Source: an uncultured virus (IMG/VR IMGVR_UViG_3300035698_023758) (taxonomy: Duplodnaviria; Heunggongvirae; Uroviricota; Caudoviricetes). From it: a DNA stretch of 20,000 bases. The translations under genes and the position numbers were made by a program. This document shows positions 17,106-20,000 of this stretch, one piece after another. The notes beneath the pieces were generated by a model. The model was not told the origin of the DNA and did no database searches. It worked only from the letters and a program-made list of their open reading frames with translations. The stretch lies in the IMG/VR virus record IMGVR_UViG_3300035698_023758; one strand, given 5' to 3'. The first letter of the stretch is position 1. Each line of letters starts with the position of its first letter.

Positions 17106-17239
17106 TATTACAAGCTGTTACGACGGTGCATGTCTCTGTTAACTTTCGACAATCAAGTTCCAAGTGGTCTTTTTCTACATTACCTGCCCACACCATATTC
17201 ATTTTACCGAACTTTAATATTGTTATTCAAACATAATCC

Positions 17240-17581
17240 ATGAAACTTTCAATGATATGTGAAAATATTAAAGAGCTCCAAAGTCAGTTAATAAAACAAT
17301 ACGGCTTAGAGCAATTGTGGTTAAATGAAAAACCAGATTATATTGAAGTAAATTATATTAAAGTCCCAAAAGATAAGCGAAAAAGTGGAATTGGAACAGC
17401 TGTTATAAAAGAAATACAAAAGTATGCACAGGATTCTGGTAAAAAGATAATATTATTAGCAAATCCAGAAAAACGGAAAAAATCTTCTTTGAACAGATTT
17501 TATAATAATTTGGGTTTTAAACGTAAAAGATCGACTGACTATTCTTTACCATCCCACACGCATACTTGGGATAATATATAA
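17240..17581 (+). CDS. GNAT-family acetyltransferase-like protein, 113 aa
   Basis: Acetyl-CoA motif A IKVPKDKRKSGIGT and motif B LNRFYNNLGF. Confidence 0.85.
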   Translation: MKLSMICENIKELQSQLIKQYGLEQLWLNEKPDYIEVNYIKVPKDKRKSGIGTAVIKEIQKYAQDSGKKIILLANPEKRKKSSLNRFYNNLGFKRKRSTDYSLPSHTHTWDNI

Positions 17582-17584
17582 GAA

Positions 17585-17692
17585 TTACTTAGAAACATCT
17601 TTGTACAGATAATTTCTTGACATTGTAAACAATACAGCACCAATTATCGCACCCACTACTACAATAACAATAATAATTATATCATTAGCCAT
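17585..17692 (-). CDS. 35-aa single-pass membrane peptide
   Basis: Not in track. AAAGGAGG RBS, then MANDIIIIVIVVVGAIIGAVLFTMSRNYLYKDVSK*; converges on the GNAT stop. Confidence 0.7.
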   Translation of the reverse strand: MANDIIIIVIVVVGAIIGAVLFTMSRNYLYKDVSK

Positions 17693-17741
17693 AATAATCC
17701 TCCTTTAATTCACTGTAACAACACTTCGCCACCCTAAACAA

Positions 17742-17774
17742 AAAGCACCCGACATTGATCCTGTCGGGTGCTTT
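17742..17774 (-). terminator. Intrinsic terminator downstream of 17847-18119
   Basis: aaagcacccgaca-ttgatcc-tgtcgggtgcttt, 13-bp stem; T-tract follows on the minus strand. Confidence 0.85.
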
Positions 17775-17846
17775 CAAATCTATTAGAAAATGTGGCAGAT
17801 TAAAAAGTTGACTTACAATTATTACACTTAATTCCCCCCAGCAGAT

Positions 17847-18119
17847 TCATTCAATTGTGTTTCCACCGCGAATTTGGCCTTTTGTGAGTTCAATATAATC
17901 TTGTGGGTTTCTTATAGCATCACCAATATTTGTAATCGTGTCCACAGATAAGTGCTGATCATTCCTGAGCTTAAATGATATGCGATTTTCCATCATGATA
18001 TCGATTCTAATGACATCAATATCATCTTTTTGCGATACTCTAACAATTTTCGATTCAGAATCTAGCCCGATAATTGATTCAAGTTGTTTTATTGAACAGT
18101 CAAAACTGATCTTTTCCAT
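17847..18119 (-). CDS. Hypothetical protein, 90 aa
   Basis: ATG 18119 has a GGAG RBS (track start at 18155 is an alternative). Confidence 0.65.
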   Translation of the reverse strand: MEKISFDCSIKQLESIIGLDSESKIVRVSQKDDIDVIRIDIMMENRISFKLRNDQHLSVDTITNIGDAIRNPQDYIELTKGQIRGGNTIE

Positions 18120-18309
18120 TTTTATCTCCGATGTATAATTAATAAATTGTTTCATTTAAAATACATCAGATAAAAATTCTTAATTTGCAGTCAAAGAAAC
18201 TGGGTTAATCGAAAAGAAAATTTGGATGAATATAATCGATTATTCAGTAGTAATCAGACCAATGAATCTGAAAATCCTAAGCCACCCAAGTTCACCAACG
18301 ATTTGTATT

Positions 18310-18483
18310 TCATAATACTCCAGTTATTGATTCCACGATTGAATTAATTTCATATTCCGATATATCTTCCTTCGGAATCTTTTTTAAGTCCTGTTCTGCT
18401 TCTTCAGGAGTCAGCGGACAGAGTCCTTTAAATCGACGTAATTTATCTGAATTTTCTTGCCAAGAGTTTTCAATATCGTTCAT
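18310..18483 (-). CDS. Small acidic hypothetical protein, 57 aa
   Basis: Not in track. GGGAGAGG RBS, then MNDIENSWQENSDKLRRFKGLCPLTPEEAEQDLKKIPKEDISEYEINSIVESITGVL*. Confidence 0.65.
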   Translation of the reverse strand: MNDIENSWQENSDKLRRFKGLCPLTPEEAEQDLKKIPKEDISEYEINSIVESITGVL

Positions 18484-18559
18484 TTCGCCTCTCCCTGTTT
18501 TTATCCCCAGATAATGTGGTTGATTCCTCTATTTAGTGTTGCAAAGTGGTGAGGGGGGA

Positions 18560-19606
18560 TTATGATAATATTATACGCCATCGCACTACGATTTCAAAGT
18601 CTTCTGATTTTTTTACTGGAGAAGACAAAATGCGATGTGAAAAGATTCTAAATCCATCTCTTAAAACACCAATACTACCAGTTAATGGTGTTCCATCTGT
18701 GTCGACTGGAACACGATCTAAGGTAATATCTCTACCACCAGATGCTTTGTTAGTAACAAGGTAATATGGGTTTAGTTGGTTTAGCGTGGAATCGTCACTA
18801 GCTGTAGTATTAGATTGGACAATTTTTATTTGATCGCCTTCTTTAATTACATTAACTTCAGTTTCACTAGAATCAAGAGAAATAGTAGATGCACCAGATG
18901 CGGTTGCTAAGAATGAATTTCCACTGCTGTTACCTGTTAGGAATATATCACGTGGGTCGCATTCACAAGAACCAACACTATCAAGTTCTTCGGCACCAAC
19001 CAAAGCCACTTCTGTCAATGTGAAAAAGTCACTTTCTGTTAAACCAAATCCATTATATTCATCTTTTCTCAATGTTGTTTCAAAAACAATAATGTTATTG
19101 ATGGCTCTTACATCAGCTTGCAATAAGGGGGTTCCTGATGGTTGATAACTAGATTCAAAAAATACTCGTTCAATTTTTTTCAGCGGTCTTGTTGGTTCAG
19201 AAATTGGAATAGCGTTTATTAGACCACCATCGTATTCTGAACCAATTCCTAGACTTATCGGAATATACCCACCAATAACAGAATTTTCTGTATAAAAACT
19301 AGTATCAGAAGAGTCAAGTGGATTACCATCAATATCAAATGATGCCCCGAACACAATATATTTTAGGGCGAATTCGTCGATATCGATATTATGTGATACC
19401 CAGGCCCCGGACCCTGAGTTTGCACTTGGGTCCCATATTTTGCTGTATGGGATTCTGTGTGCGATTATTTCTTTTGCTGGTATTTTGATAATATTGTGTT
19501 GTCTAATATTATCAATTTCTCTACCATGTTTATCTTTTATAATGAATTCAATTTCACCTTTGTATAGGTTATTGATTCCATCTGAGAGTCGTATTTTTTT
19601 AGACAT
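18560..19606 (-). CDS. Putative tail/baseplate-associated structural protein, 348 aa
   Basis: N-terminal KGEIEFIIKD...HNII, central IVFETTL..DEYNG...LTEVAL and C-terminal IFSHR....VKK...EIVVRWRI match the tail-collar/baseplate pattern, with an inserted beta domain. Confidence 0.65.
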   Translation of the reverse strand: MSKKIRLSDGINNLYKGEIEFIIKDKHGREIDNIRQHNIIKIPAKEIIAHRIPYSKIWDPSANSGSGAWVSHNIDIDEFALKYIVFGASFDIDGNPLDSSDTSFYTENSVIGGYIPISLGIGSEYDGGLINAIPISEPTRPLKKIERVFFESSYQPSGTPLLQADVRAINNIIVFETTLRKDEYNGFGLTESDFFTLTEVALVGAEELDSVGSCECDPRDIFLTGNSSGNSFLATASGASTISLDSSETEVNVIKEGDQIKIVQSNTTASDDSTLNQLNPYYLVTNKASGGRDITLDRVPVDTDGTPLTGSIGVLRDGFRIFSHRILSSPVKKSEDFEIVVRWRIILS

Positions 19607-19610
19607 TATT

Positions 19611-20000
<390 letters not shown>

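Noticed and set aside
16602..17125. 9-bp inverted repeat cgtcgtaac / gttacgacg flanking the 138-aa ORF
   Set aside because: Too short to exceed chance; no transposase, recombinase or target-site duplication seen.
17068..17202. 44-aa minus-strand ORF (MNMVWAGNVEKDH...)
   Set aside because: Weak RBS, overlaps the next gene, no supporting motif.

Overview
AT-rich, gene-dense window with frequent strand switches. It looks like part of a large or jumbo tailed-phage genome; this is inferred, as no capsid, terminase or portal gene lies in the window. Putative virion genes are a P2 gpI-like baseplate ORF off the left edge and ORFs at 6184-6597, 11028-12785 and 18560-19606. Accessory genes are interspersed: (i) a three-gene secreted-protein operon with two CxxCH heme-c proteins, one carrying a planctomycete cytochrome c (PSCyt1-like) domain; (ii) a multi-HTH / DUF559-Vsr-like nuclease / Mom-like GNAT fusion behind a T4-late-like TATAAATA box; (iii) ClpS; (iv) a complete matrixin (MMP, M10A) with PRCGxPD cysteine switch; (v) a CxxCxxCC YkgJ-like protein; (vi) a TrpF-like TIM-barrel protein; (vii) a GNAT; (viii) a family of small paralogs sharing a C-terminal [F/Y][D/N/S][I/L]SDP-like motif. 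Several genes resemble Planctomycetota versions, suggesting that host phylum (inference). All family calls come from motif recognition by eye, not database searches. Four ORFs missing from the supplied track were translated by hand (<1-1614, 17585-17692, 18310-18483, 19611->20000).
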